Source of the DNA: Prasinococcaceae sp. CCMP 1430
Taxonomy: Eukaryota; Plantae; Prasinodermophyta
Direction: 5' to 3'
Length of the DNA stretch: 18,009 bases
NCBI GenBank assembly: GCA_013416795.1
Contig: RQSC01000062.1
Coordinates: 166,754-184,762, forward strand
The notes under the pieces were generated by a model. It searched no databases and was not told where the DNA came from. It was given only the letters and a program-made list of their open reading frames with translations. Each line of letters begins with the position of its first letter. Position 1 is the stretch's first letter. Position numbers and translations under genes: made by a program. This document shows, one piece after another, positions 17,887 through 18,009 of the stretch.

Positions 17887-18009
17887 CGCCATGCTTCGCG
17901 CTCCCATCTCTCTCTAACTCTCTCTCCGTCTTCGTAGCCAGCGCGCTCGGCCGCGGCAGAGGGCGGTGCGCGCCACAGCGCCCGCCCAGGGCGCGGCCCG
18001 CCCGCGTCC

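Noticed and set aside
17891-17917. ATG at 17891 as the start of a new gene
   Set aside because: It hits TAA after 8 codons.

Overview
This window is eukaryotic nuclear DNA, not prokaryotic. It is very GC-rich and gene-dense, with short GT-AG introns, plastid transit peptides and TGTAA 3' signals, which points to a compact-genome green alga (inference; the species cannot be identified from the sequence). Ten protein-coding loci are supported. In order: coatomer beta' (COPB2, +); chloroplast GDT1/UPF0016 transporter (PAM71-like, -, 5' lost at a gap); a single ORF joining the C-terminal part of myo-inositol-1-phosphate synthase (INO1/MIPS) in frame to a PNK3P-type HAD DNA 3'-phosphatase domain (+); a 3-exon cyclophilin (-); an unidentified acidic AT-hook protein (+); a nucleotide-sugar/TPT-family transporter (-); plastid ribosomal protein bL35 (+, 3 exons); a GT61-like glycosyltransferase (-, 3 exons); RUVBL1 (-, 2 exons); and an arogenate/prephenate dehydratase (+, 2 exons). 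There are three assembly gaps (4251, 7162-7241, 15873-16137). No tRNA, rRNA, CRISPR array or transposase was found. The most notable items are the INO1::3'-phosphatase fusion (a real fusion or an assembly chimera), a 4 x ~65-bp degenerate tandem array in the cyclophilin promoter region, the unidentified AT-hook protein, a hidden 10-nt last exon and a distant branch point in the cyclophilin gene, a near-invariant GCTGAC branch site, and a dehydratase with no apparent transit peptide.
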